DNA of 64,000 nucleotides, from NCBI GenBank assembly GCA_050949315.1, contig JBMNFL010000001.1:832001-896000 (forward strand), written 5' to 3'. This stretch comes from Bacilli bacterium (GTDB lineage: Bacteria > Bacillota_I > Bacilli_A > RFN20 > UBA1709). Position 1 is the first letter of the stretch; every line of letters starts with the position of its first letter. The position numbers and the translations under genes are program-made. Below are positions 29,725-37,968 of the stretch, piece after piece. The notes beneath the pieces are model-generated. The model was given only the letters and a program-made list of their open reading frames with translations, was not told the DNA's origin and did no database searches.

Positions 29725-30348
29725 TTATTTTAGTTCCTCAAGCAGTTTCCCAAGTAATTTAGAAAACCTGTCTTGTAATGGCACTATTTCATCTTCCTTT
29801 TCTTCATTAAAAGCTTTCTGTAATAACGCAGCTACAGCCTGCAGTGATTTAGCACCGATACTTCCGGAACTGCTCTTAACCTTATGTACGATTTGTGTAG
29901 CTTCAGTGTATCTTTTTTCACGTACTGCCGCTTCAAGCTTTTCCAAAGTATCTTGATTCTCGTTGCGGTATTCAATTAGCACCTGATTATACAATTCTTC
30001 GTTGCCGCCCATATTTTTAAAGCCTAGCTGCCGGTCAAGGACAGCTGTATCCGGTTCTATATTAGGTTCATTTTCAAGGATAATATCTTTTATGGTTTGA
30101 ATAAAGTGATCGGGATTAATGGGCTTACTGATGTAATGAAATATTCCGCTTTGCTCGCACTTGTCCCGAACACCTAAAATCACATCCGCTGTCATTGCTA
30201 TAATAGGGACTTGGCTTGAAATCGATCGGATATTCTCCGCCGCTTCATAGCCGTTCATGACAGGCATGTGCAAATCCATCAATATCAAATCGATGATGTC
30301 ACGATGCTTCTGATATAGCTCAACAGCTTCCTTTCCGTCGTTGGCAAT
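29725..30348 (-). pseudogene. C-terminal REC-Hpt fragment of a hybrid histidine kinase
   Basis: IANDGKEAVELY...DLILMDLHMPVMNGY...KPI, Hpt HKVKSSSGSIGA; 5' end lost at about 30350. Confidence 0.8.
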
Positions 30349-30473
30349 ATGAACCTGTTGACCTCATCGCGCTTCATTCGCATGATACGGTAGATGCCGA
30401 AATCAAGGTCAGACTGGTCAAACTGAAACATCTCGCGGAGGATGCTCATTAATTTTTTCTGGTTATCAGTCAT
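30349..30473 (-). pseudogene. N-terminal fragment of a type III-like restriction-modification DNA methyltransferase
   Basis: LREMFQFDQSDLDFGIYRIM is the typical N-terminus of large Mod-type MTases; fused out of frame to the REC fragment. Confidence 0.7.
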
Positions 30474-30715
30474 TTTGTGGTACCTTCTTTCCCGCTGCCC
30501 GTGGCAGCGGCATCATCGGGAATTGTTTCCATGATGTCTGTTATATCGCACTGAAGAACATCGCATATCTTTAACAGAACAGCGGTTGTAACATTCTCGT
30601 CTTTTCCGAGCTTCGCAAGTGAGGACGAGCTGATACCCGCTGCTTGTCGTAGCTCAGTTTTCTTCATGTTTCTGTCAATTAACAACTTCCACAGCTTCTT
30701 ATAACTCATCTTCAT
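30470..30715 (-). CDS. Cro/C1-type (HTH_26) transcriptional regulator
   Basis: SYKKLWKLLIDRNMKKTEL...LAKLGKDENV...LLKIC..L.CDITDIME. Confidence 0.9.
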   Translation of the reverse strand: MKMSYKKLWKLLIDRNMKKTELRQAAGISSSSLAKLGKDENVTTAVLLKICDVLQCDITDIMETIPDDAAATGSGKEGTTK

Positions 30716-32357
30716 TGTCTGTCACCTCTTTATTCCATGATTCGCCGTACAGTTCGCAATTACCATCCGACAATTTCAAAACAGTATTACCCGTCAGAAT
30801 GCGCTGCGTGTCTGGTTTATACGCAGCCTGTTTATCAAAGGCGATAAACACCTGTTTTGTACTTTGAACGTATATTTTCATAATGCCGTCGACAGCACCA
30901 TCGCCGATGTTTTTCAAAATTAACGAATCGTGCGCTATGGCCGGTAGTGCAGTCAGGTTGAGTATTGCCAAGTCATAGATGACCATGCCTTTGTAATTCG
31001 AGCCTGTGCCGGTATCATCCGGCGTTTCAAACCTGTAACTGTTGTACTCGTTGAATGTGAGGCGCGGCGCTTTCCGCACGTCTGCAAAGAGCGAATCGTT
31101 ATATTCCTTCATTCTATCATTGATAGCACGTTCAATCTCATCAAGGATGCTTTCTATCGCGTGTTTCAACATTTCGTCAGCTTTTTTCTTTGCATCCTGC
31201 AGCTCGGTCAATGTAAGGTACGCTTCATTCTGTGCTTTCAGCGCATCAATATGACCTTTAATTTCCGAATGCATATCCAAAAATTCTTTGGACAGGTTGC
31301 CGACAAAACCGAGCTGGTTGATTTCTGTCTGCACTGACTGGATTTGTTCCAGCAAAGCAGCAATCTCCAACTCGACCGATTGGCGCTCGCTTTTGAACTG
31401 TTCATCGAGTATGGTCGCCAGCTTCTGATGGTATTTTTCTACTTCATACAGCTTCCGAATGTTCACATCAGGGAAAAACTCCTGTAAAGCAGATAAATCT
31501 GCTTCTGTCGGATATAGACCATACGCGAGGCTAATATCCAGGAGGCTTACTCGGCGGCGTTTTGCCTGCAAATCGGTTTCGAGACGCAGCTTACTGCCCT
31601 GAAGCTGTGATTTTAAACGACTCTTTTCAATGTCTGCTTCGTTATGGCCTTCCACCTGTTCATCAGTCAGATTATCAAGCTGAACCTGCAGGCTGTGTAT
31701 TTGCGCCAGATTTTCGTCATATTTTGTTTTGCCTCCAACGAGGTCAGGGACAAAGCGATACTTTCGGGCTTCTCGGAAAATCGACAGCCGCTTTTTCTGC
31801 TCCTCAAGATTGCCGTTGAAGGCTTCAATGTCCTTATATCTGTCAAACAGGCGGACAAGAATTTCGATGGATTTTTGCATTCCTTCTCCGGGCAAGCCCT
31901 TGAGAGGTTTGCGCTCATCGGTATTTTCTTTTCCGTATATCCTGAAGAAGCTGCTCATTGTCTCGCGGAAGGATAGCCCTGCGAAATCAATATGGTATTT
32001 TTCTTTCAACCAGTCGGCAAACTGCTGCTTCGTCCATACAACTCCTGTCAGCACATATCCCTCTGAGCATACATGAATATCGGTGGGCGATTCGGTACTG
32101 CGGGCAAAGTAGTACGGCGTTCCATCAAATTCAAATGTAAAGAAGATAGTGTGATTGCCAATGTGCTTCACACCATCACTGACAAGGTACGAGTTGCCAC
32201 CAAAAGCAAAATCAATGGCAAGCATGGCAGAGGATTTTCCGATTGAGTTTTCGCCATCCTCTTTTCCGAGAACGACGTTCAATCCCTCTTTGAAGCGGAT
32301 TGGAGGTCGTTCTTTTCCTTTTTCCTTAAAGACCGGCGAGGTGATTTCTATAAGCAT
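30699..32357 (-). CDS. ABC-three-component / Lamassu-like SMC-type ATPase (DUF2326)
   Basis: FKEGLNVVLG, Walker A NSIGKSS, central coiled coil, TGTGSNYKG, Walker B-like AIAHDS, KQVFIAFDK. Confidence 0.85.
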   Translation of the reverse strand: MLIEITSPVFKEKGKERPPIRFKEGLNVVLGKEDGENSIGKSSAMLAIDFAFGGNSYLVSDGVKHIGNHTIFFTFEFDGTPYYFARSTESPTDIHVCSEGYVLTGVVWTKQQFADWLKEKYHIDFAGLSFRETMSSFFRIYGKENTDERKPLKGLPGEGMQKSIEILVRLFDRYKDIEAFNGNLEEQKKRLSIFREARKYRFVPDLVGGKTKYDENLAQIHSLQVQLDNLTDEQVEGHNEADIEKSRLKSQLQGSKLRLETDLQAKRRRVSLLDISLAYGLYPTEADLSALQEFFPDVNIRKLYEVEKYHQKLATILDEQFKSERQSVELEIAALLEQIQSVQTEINQLGFVGNLSKEFLDMHSEIKGHIDALKAQNEAYLTLTELQDAKKKADEMLKHAIESILDEIERAINDRMKEYNDSLFADVRKAPRLTFNEYNSYRFETPDDTGTGSNYKGMVIYDLAILNLTALPAIAHDSLILKNIGDGAVDGIMKIYVQSTKQVFIAFDKQAAYKPDTQRILTGNTVLKLSDGNCELYGESWNKEVTDNEDEL

Positions 32358-32572
32358 GAATATACCTCTCCTTTCTCATTGATGTCTATTGCGTTAAGCG
32401 CATATAGGCAGTCCATAACCGACAAAAAATCCGTTGCGTCGGAAAGCGAAGGCTTTATCCGAAGATAAAGGTCTTTCACTGCGATTGGATTATCTTGTAC
32501 CTCTTTGAGCACCGTTGGAATCATCGCCAAGGTGCTGTTTTTATATGAATACAGCTTATTCGGTAATTGCAT
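32348..32572 (-). CDS. ABC-three-component system middle component (MC7-like)
   Basis: MQLPNKLYSYKNSTL...FLSVMDCLYALNAI, 74 aa, overlapping both neighbours. Confidence 0.8.
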   Translation of the reverse strand: MQLPNKLYSYKNSTLAMIPTVLKEVQDNPIAVKDLYLRIKPSLSDATDFLSVMDCLYALNAIDINEKGEVYSCL

Positions 32573-33689
32573 CGAACACCTCACAGCTCTGCACGAAGTA
32601 CGAAACCACAATCTGGCAGAAAATTGCGTCCTGTAGCGTAACACGATGTATTTTATCTGCGATTTCATTGAAGATTTCGAGATGCGGTTTGTTTGCCTTT
32701 TTTAGTTTCTTATACAATGCGTGAATCTGGTCTTGGATTTCATCGTAGTCAATTTCGCCGCTTTTATCCAGATTTATCATTATTTCTTTTATGCGTATGA
32801 AGTATGTGGTGACGTAGTTGGTTACCGCATTGTAAAGCACCATGTCCTGAGACGGGCTAAGTTTCTGCTTGACTTCCTTTGGTTCAAAGGAAGCATCAGA
32901 CAATTCCTTTTCCCCGAGTTTCCGTATTCTTTTGATTACGCCGACAATGCCCTTTTCCAAAGGCAGGTCATCAAGAAGACGGATGCTTTGTTTATGCGTA
33001 GACAACACCGTTTTTATTTCCTTTAGTTCAGCCATCAACTTCTTGCTGTCATCAAGGAGATATGTGGCATAGCACTGCGGGCACATTGCCATGAGGTTTT
33101 CGGGCGTAGTCGCTTTAGATTTATCTATCAAGCTAACTTCAAATGTATGAATGGCTTTTCCGTTTTTTGAAATAGTTAGCTGCCTCCCGCACCCCGGGAA
33201 TGGACAGCACCCATCTGTTTCTGCAAGTAAATAATCGCCGTACTTTTTCTTCAAATCGGATGCAAGAATCTGTTGCTGCTGTTTCTGGAGTTCATCCTGC
33301 GGAATCAGCCCAGCAGACTCCTGAATAATTTGTTCCAGCCATTCGGTGACTTTTTCTGCAACATTATCTGCATTTATGGTCGGTTCATAACCGACTAAAT
33401 CCTCTGCAAATAAAGCCCTTGAAGCGGGGCTTCGCTTGCTTATGCTCCGTGTAAGTATTTTAGGTGTTAGATGATACACGATATTTCCCGCTAAATTCTT
33501 GGATAAACCTCGTTTTACATAGCTGCGAATGGTGTTATCGCTGAGTTTTGCGGAAGGGTCTTTACCCTTTGCCCAGTCAGCCTCAGATACAGTCGTAATC
33601 TTTGCCATTAATTCGCGGAAAAAATACGGCACATCATCACCGTCGGCTAAATGCTTTTTCATAATTGGGAAAAGTGTTTTGAATTCCAC
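32556..33689 (-). CDS. ABC-three-component effector: N-terminal domain, HNH-like Zn module, C-terminal CTD
   Basis: CPFPGC...ENLMAMCPQC; C-terminal IVVSYFVQSCEVF; GTG 33689 after AAAGGAG. Confidence 0.8.
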   Translation of the reverse strand: MEFKTLFPIMKKHLADGDDVPYFFRELMAKITTVSEADWAKGKDPSAKLSDNTIRSYVKRGLSKNLAGNIVYHLTPKILTRSISKRSPASRALFAEDLVGYEPTINADNVAEKVTEWLEQIIQESAGLIPQDELQKQQQQILASDLKKKYGDYLLAETDGCCPFPGCGRQLTISKNGKAIHTFEVSLIDKSKATTPENLMAMCPQCYATYLLDDSKKLMAELKEIKTVLSTHKQSIRLLDDLPLEKGIVGVIKRIRKLGEKELSDASFEPKEVKQKLSPSQDMVLYNAVTNYVTTYFIRIKEIMINLDKSGEIDYDEIQDQIHALYKKLKKANKPHLEIFNEIADKIHRVTLQDAIFCQIVVSYFVQSCEVFDAITE

Positions 33690-33904
33690 GTCGGCTCGAC
33701 ACTCCTTTACTGAGATTTGCACCACGGTGCACTATGGTGCACCAAACCATCCCCAGATTTCGAAGCCCCATTTTATATAATGAGAGCAGGTTAGGAACGG
33801 AAGGCGCTCCTGAGGAAACCCCAAATATAGTATATCACACTTTTGTCCAAAAGTCAAATATTATGTTTGAAAAAAGGATTAAATATTTCCTTGCGCATTC
33901 ATTC

Positions 33905-34115
33905 CATAGCCCACCATCAAATGGTGCGTTCCCTGATCTGGAACGGCTCAACGCTATGCGACGGTAGAACTTAATACACTCAGCTGACTATTGAGCAGGA
34001 AGCTGCATTCCGAAACGGAGCAATCTGTGAAGGACTGCGGTATGGTATCTTATTGCCATTTTTCAGCCAGCTGCTGCAGACCTCCGTTTCGAGACAACGA
34101 AAACGGAGGTCATTT
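33905..34115 (+). promoter_or_regulatory. structured 5' leader with RBS-sequestering hairpin and alternative pairing
   Basis: GACCTCCGTTT (34079-34089) pairs with AAACGGAGGTC (34101-34111, contains the RBS). CGAAACGGAG (34011-34020) is the exact complement of 34082-34091. Confidence 0.6.
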
Positions 34116-34117
34116 TA

Positions 34118-34504
34118 ATGAAAATTCAATGGAACTTTGCAGACGGCACGAAATCCGAGGTCGAGGTCAATGAGGAGCTTGGGGAATTTATCACCGCATC
34201 GCGGCGCGAGGAGGACAACCTTAGTCGCAAAGAACGGTATCACTGTTATTCGTTGGATGCCATTCTCTTTGAAGGGAAGGAATACGGGGACAACCACACT
34301 CCCGAAACAGAAGTGGAGACAGCGGAAAGAAACAAGCGCCTTTATGCTGCAATGAAAACGCTGACGGCGGTACAGCAAAAGCGTTTGCTTATGCTGGCGG
34401 ACGGGCTTTCCTTGCGGGAAATCGCACGAGTCGAGGGCGTAGATCATCGTGCTGTCCGCGAGTCTATCGACAGCGCGAAGAAAAAAATCAAAAAAGTGTT
34501 CTGA
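34118..34504 (+). CDS. sigma-70 region-4-like DNA-binding protein
   Basis: LT..QQKRLLM..DGLSLREIARVEGVDHRAVRESIDSAKKKIKK. Confidence 0.8.
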   Translation: MKIQWNFADGTKSEVEVNEELGEFITASRREEDNLSRKERYHCYSLDAILFEGKEYGDNHTPETEVETAERNKRLYAAMKTLTAVQQKRLLMLADGLSLREIARVEGVDHRAVRESIDSAKKKIKKVF

Positions 34505-34583
34505 GTACCTCCCCAAAACACCCTGCATTTCTCCGTATGCCGAGGGACACACAAAAACGTCCCTCGGAAAGGACGGATGAAAG

Positions 34584-34781
34584 ATGAAGCACGATTTAAA
34601 GATCAGCGTTTCCAAAAAGCCCGCCGAAGACGGCGTCGTCAGATGCCAGCGTGTCACCATGCGGGAACGATTGCTCCGTTACCTGTTCGGCGAGAAGCGC
34701 CGGGTGATGGTCATAGTTCCCGGTGACACCGTAGAGAGCGTTTCCATCACGGAATTGCCCGGAGGTGACGAGCACCGATGA
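34584..34781 (+). CDS. conserved phage hypothetical protein
   Basis: KISVSK...GVVRC..VT.RERLLR.LFG.K..V.VIVPGD.V. Confidence 0.65.
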   Translation: MKHDLKISVSKKPAEDGVVRCQRVTMRERLLRYLFGEKRRVMVIVPGDTVESVSITELPGGDEHR

Positions 34782-34972
34782 AAAAAGACACTGCTCCGCT
34801 GCTTCCAATGCCGATCAAGGCAAAGCCCTACGCGCATCAGGTCGCCGCTTTCAATTTTGTTTGCGAGCTGTTTGGTCTGGTTTCGACGGGAGGTGATTCC
34901 GATGACGAAGGTCACGGTGAAATGCGCCCTGTGCGGGAAAGCATTCCAACGGTCGGAAAACCAAATCCGTGA
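34778..34972 (+). CDS. N-terminal (Q-motif) piece of SNF2 helicase, separated by the HNH gene
   Basis: MPIKAKPYAHQVAAFNF resembles the helicase Q-motif. Confidence 0.6.
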   Translation: MKKDTAPLLPMPIKAKPYAHQVAAFNFVCELFGLVSTGGDSDDEGHGEMRPVRESIPTVGKPNP

Positions 34973-35324
34973 AAACAACTTCTGCTGCCGAGAGCATTTT
35001 TACGAATGGAACTCACAGCGCATGACCGAGTACAACCGCACGGATAACCCCATGAACAAGCCCGGCGGCGTATTAGAGTCGCGTGTGAAGCGGAGTCGCA
35101 AGCTCCGTGGCACCGGCGAGGGCAAGGCGTATCCCAAGCTGCTCGGCAAACACGCGCACCGCAGAATCGCAGAAGCCATACTTGGCAGACCGCTCAAAAA
35201 GGGTGAAGTCGTCCACCACATCGACGGCAACAAGCTCAACAATGACCCCGCAAACCTCGAGGTGCTCCCGTCACAGTCGGAGCATTGCAAAATCCACGGT
35301 TTCGGGAAGAAAAAAGGCAGGTGA
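34902..35324 (+). CDS. HNH endonuclease with N-terminal Zn finger
   Basis: CALCG...FCCREH; HRRIAE..LGRPL..GEVVHHIDGNKLNNDPANL...EHCKIH. Confidence 0.88.
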   Translation: MTKVTVKCALCGKAFQRSENQIRENNFCCREHFYEWNSQRMTEYNRTDNPMNKPGGVLESRVKRSRKLRGTGEGKAYPKLLGKHAHRRIAEAILGRPLKKGEVVHHIDGNKLNNDPANLEVLPSQSEHCKIHGFGKKKGR

Positions 35325-35329
35325 TGTAA

Positions 35330-36674
35330 ATGAATATTTCCAGAAGTCAGGGCGTCGCTCTCTTAATGGAAATGGGTTAGCACCGGGAAAACGCTGGTGT
35401 CCATCGCCGCAGCAGGTGCGCTGTATAACGCCGGACGCATCAAACGAGCACTGGTCGTAGCACCGTTGTCGGTCGTCGGCGTATGGGACGAGGAGTTCGG
35501 TAAGTTTGCCGCCTTTGATTATACCCTCGCCGTGCTCAAGGGCAGCGGCGAGAAGAAGGCAGATACGCTCCGGCACATGACCGGCGACGCGCTGCAGGTG
35601 GCTGTCGTCAACTACGAATCGGCGTGGCGCTTGGAGAAGGAGCTCGCAGCATGGCGTCCCGACCTGATCATCGCCGACGAGGGGCACAAAATCAAGACAC
35701 ACAACATCTCGGTGTCCAAGGCGATGCACCGGCTGGGCGCAGCGGCAAAATATCGGCTGCTTTTGACAGGAACGCCGGTCACGAATAAGGCAATCGACGT
35801 CTTCTCCCAGTACAAGTTCCTCGACCCGCGCATCTTCGGACAGTCGTTTTACAGCTTCCGCAACACCTATTTTTACATGACCGGCTACGGCAATCATACG
35901 CCGGTGCTTAAAAAGTCGATGGAGCCGGAACTGACACGCCGTATGCACAGCATCGCGTTTCGGGCGACAAAGAAGGACTGCCTTGACCTGCCGGAAACGA
36001 CCGACATCATCCGCAAGGTTGAGCTGGAGCCGAGGGCGGTGAAGCTCTACCAAAGTCTCGTGCAGGAGAGCTACGTCGAGCTATCCGAGGGCGAGGTCAC
36101 CATCACCAACGTGCTCACCAAGCTGCTGCGACTATCGCAGCTCACGGGCGGCTTCATCGGAAGCGACGAGAGCAGTGCCGCCGAACAGGTATCAACGGCG
36201 AAGCTCGACGTGCTGGAGGACATCCTCGACGCGGCAATCGAGGAGAACCGCAAGCTCGTCGTAATCGCCCGCTTCGTACCGGAGCTTGACGCGATCTGTG
36301 CCATGCTCGAAAAGAAGCGCGTTAACTATTCGCTCATCAAGGGCGGCGTAAAAGACCGCGACGAGCAGGTCGCCCGATTCCAGAATGACCCCGATGTCCC
36401 CATTTTTGTCGGGCAGATCGCAACCGCAGGTCTTGGGCTGACGCTCACGGCGGCAAGCACGATGGTCTTTTACTCGCTGGACTACAGCATGAGCAACTTC
36501 GAGCAATGCAAAGCCCGTATTCACCGCGCCGGTCAGCGGATGCCATGTACCTACATCTATCTCACCGCGCAGGGCACGGTCGATGAGAAGGTACTCAAAG
36601 CCCTGAAGAACAAGGCGAACCTTGCCAAAACGCTGGTCGATGACTACCGCTACGGCAACAACCCATTTATGTAA
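35330..36674 (+). pseudogene. SNF2/DEAD-like helicase with a stop/frameshift in Walker A
   Basis: ALLMEMG-TAG-C-ACC GGG AAA ACG (TGKT lies in the +1 frame). Downstream ADEGHKIK, LTGTP, GLGLTLT, Q..ARIHRAGQ are intact. Confidence 0.8.
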
Positions 36675-36688
36675 AGGAGCATATCACA

Positions 36689-37111
36689 ATGGACAATTCA
36701 GAAAAAATGTTTGAACTCGCAGACCGGCTTAAGGCACTGCGGGACGAGAAAAAGGATGCCGAGCAGCGCGTCAAGAAGTTAAACGCCGCGCTCGACGAAA
36801 CCGATGCTGCGCTGGCGCAGCTCATGACTGATACCGAAACGCAGAACTTCACTCGCTCCGGCACGATGTTCTGCCTCACCAACACAACCCGCGCATCGGC
36901 GACTGCCGACCGCAAGGACGAGCTATTTGAAGCACTTCGCGCAGAGGGCTACGGCGGACTGGTTTACGAGACCGTCAATGCCAACTCTCTCTCGGCTTTC
37001 GTGCGGGAGCAGATATCCGAGAATGACGATGTGTTACCCGACTGGCTTGAAGGGCTGGTCAGCGTATTCGAAAAAACCACTGTGGGCGTTCGTAAAGCGC
37101 CCAGCAAATAA
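36689..37111 (+). CDS. phage hypothetical protein (replication module)
   Basis: Coiled-coil N-terminus, LVYETVNANSLSAFV; strong RBS. Confidence 0.7.
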   Translation: MDNSEKMFELADRLKALRDEKKDAEQRVKKLNAALDETDAALAQLMTDTETQNFTRSGTMFCLTNTTRASATADRKDELFEALRAEGYGGLVYETVNANSLSAFVREQISENDDVLPDWLEGLVSVFEKTTVGVRKAPSK

Positions 37112-37132
37112 TGAAAAGGAAGGTATTTCACA

Positions 37133-37909
37133 ATGAAAAACAATGAAAACACGGCACTTACCACTACGAACAGCGCGTTTATGGCACTGAAGGACTTCAA
37201 CCTGAACGACGCGCTCTCCGAGGAGCTTTCCGGCTTGTCCGGCAGCTTCGAGAGAATCAAAATCCCTGCCGGAGGCATGACGTTGTTCGAGATACCCGGT
37301 GAAAACCCCGACAGCCCTGAAACGGTCAAGGAGTTTTCCGCAGTTATCCTGCACCATCATCCGCTGTATGCCTACTACACGGACAAGTATACCGGCGGCT
37401 CCAACCCGCCCGATTGCGGCAGCTTCGACGGCGTTACCGGCGAAGGCAACCCCGGTGGCGACTGTGCCAATTGTCCGTATAACAAATTCGGCTCCGGCGA
37501 GAACGGTGCAAAAGCGTGTAAAAACCGCCGCCGCATCTACTTGCTGCGAGAGGGCGAGATTTTCCCGATGATTCTTTCACTTCCGACCGGCTCTCTCAAA
37601 GATTTTACTCGTTACATCATGCGATTGCTCTCAAAGGGCAAGAAGTCTAACGCCGTTGTCACGAAATTCACACTGAGGAAGGCGACCAATAACAATGGCA
37701 TCGCTTACTCGCAGGCGCAGTTTACAGTCGACCGCGACCTGACCGATGATGAGTACGCGCTCATCGCAGGGCTAACCGAGCAGGTCAAGACCTTCTCCAC
37801 ACGCGTTGGCTACGATACCGAACCGGCAACGGATGTTCCCCCCGCAGGGATTGCGCCCGCTGTCAATGTTGACCCCGAAACCGGCGAGGTTGTTGAACCT
37901 CTCGCCTAA
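37133..37909 (+). CDS. phage protein, possible ssDNA-binding protein
   Basis: RIKIPAGG, PPDC.S.DG, C..CP.N.FGS...KACKN, acidic tail DPETGEV; located just before PolA. Confidence 0.55.
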   Translation: MKNNENTALTTTNSAFMALKDFNLNDALSEELSGLSGSFERIKIPAGGMTLFEIPGENPDSPETVKEFSAVILHHHPLYAYYTDKYTGGSNPPDCGSFDGVTGEGNPGGDCANCPYNKFGSGENGAKACKNRRRIYLLREGEIFPMILSLPTGSLKDFTRYIMRLLSKGKKSNAVVTKFTLRKATNNNGIAYSQAQFTVDRDLTDDEYALIAGLTEQVKTFSTRVGYDTEPATDVPPAGIAPAVNVDPETGEVVEPLA

Positions 37910-37968
37910 ATACACCGCCGCAAGGTCGGGTGGCAGCTGCTGCCCGACCTGTAGCGGCAGACAGGAGC

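Noticed and set aside
34880-35380. Group I intron or intein carrying the HNH
   Set aside because: The insert is almost entirely ORF, leaving no room for a ribozyme core, and there are no intein Cys/His-Asn termini.
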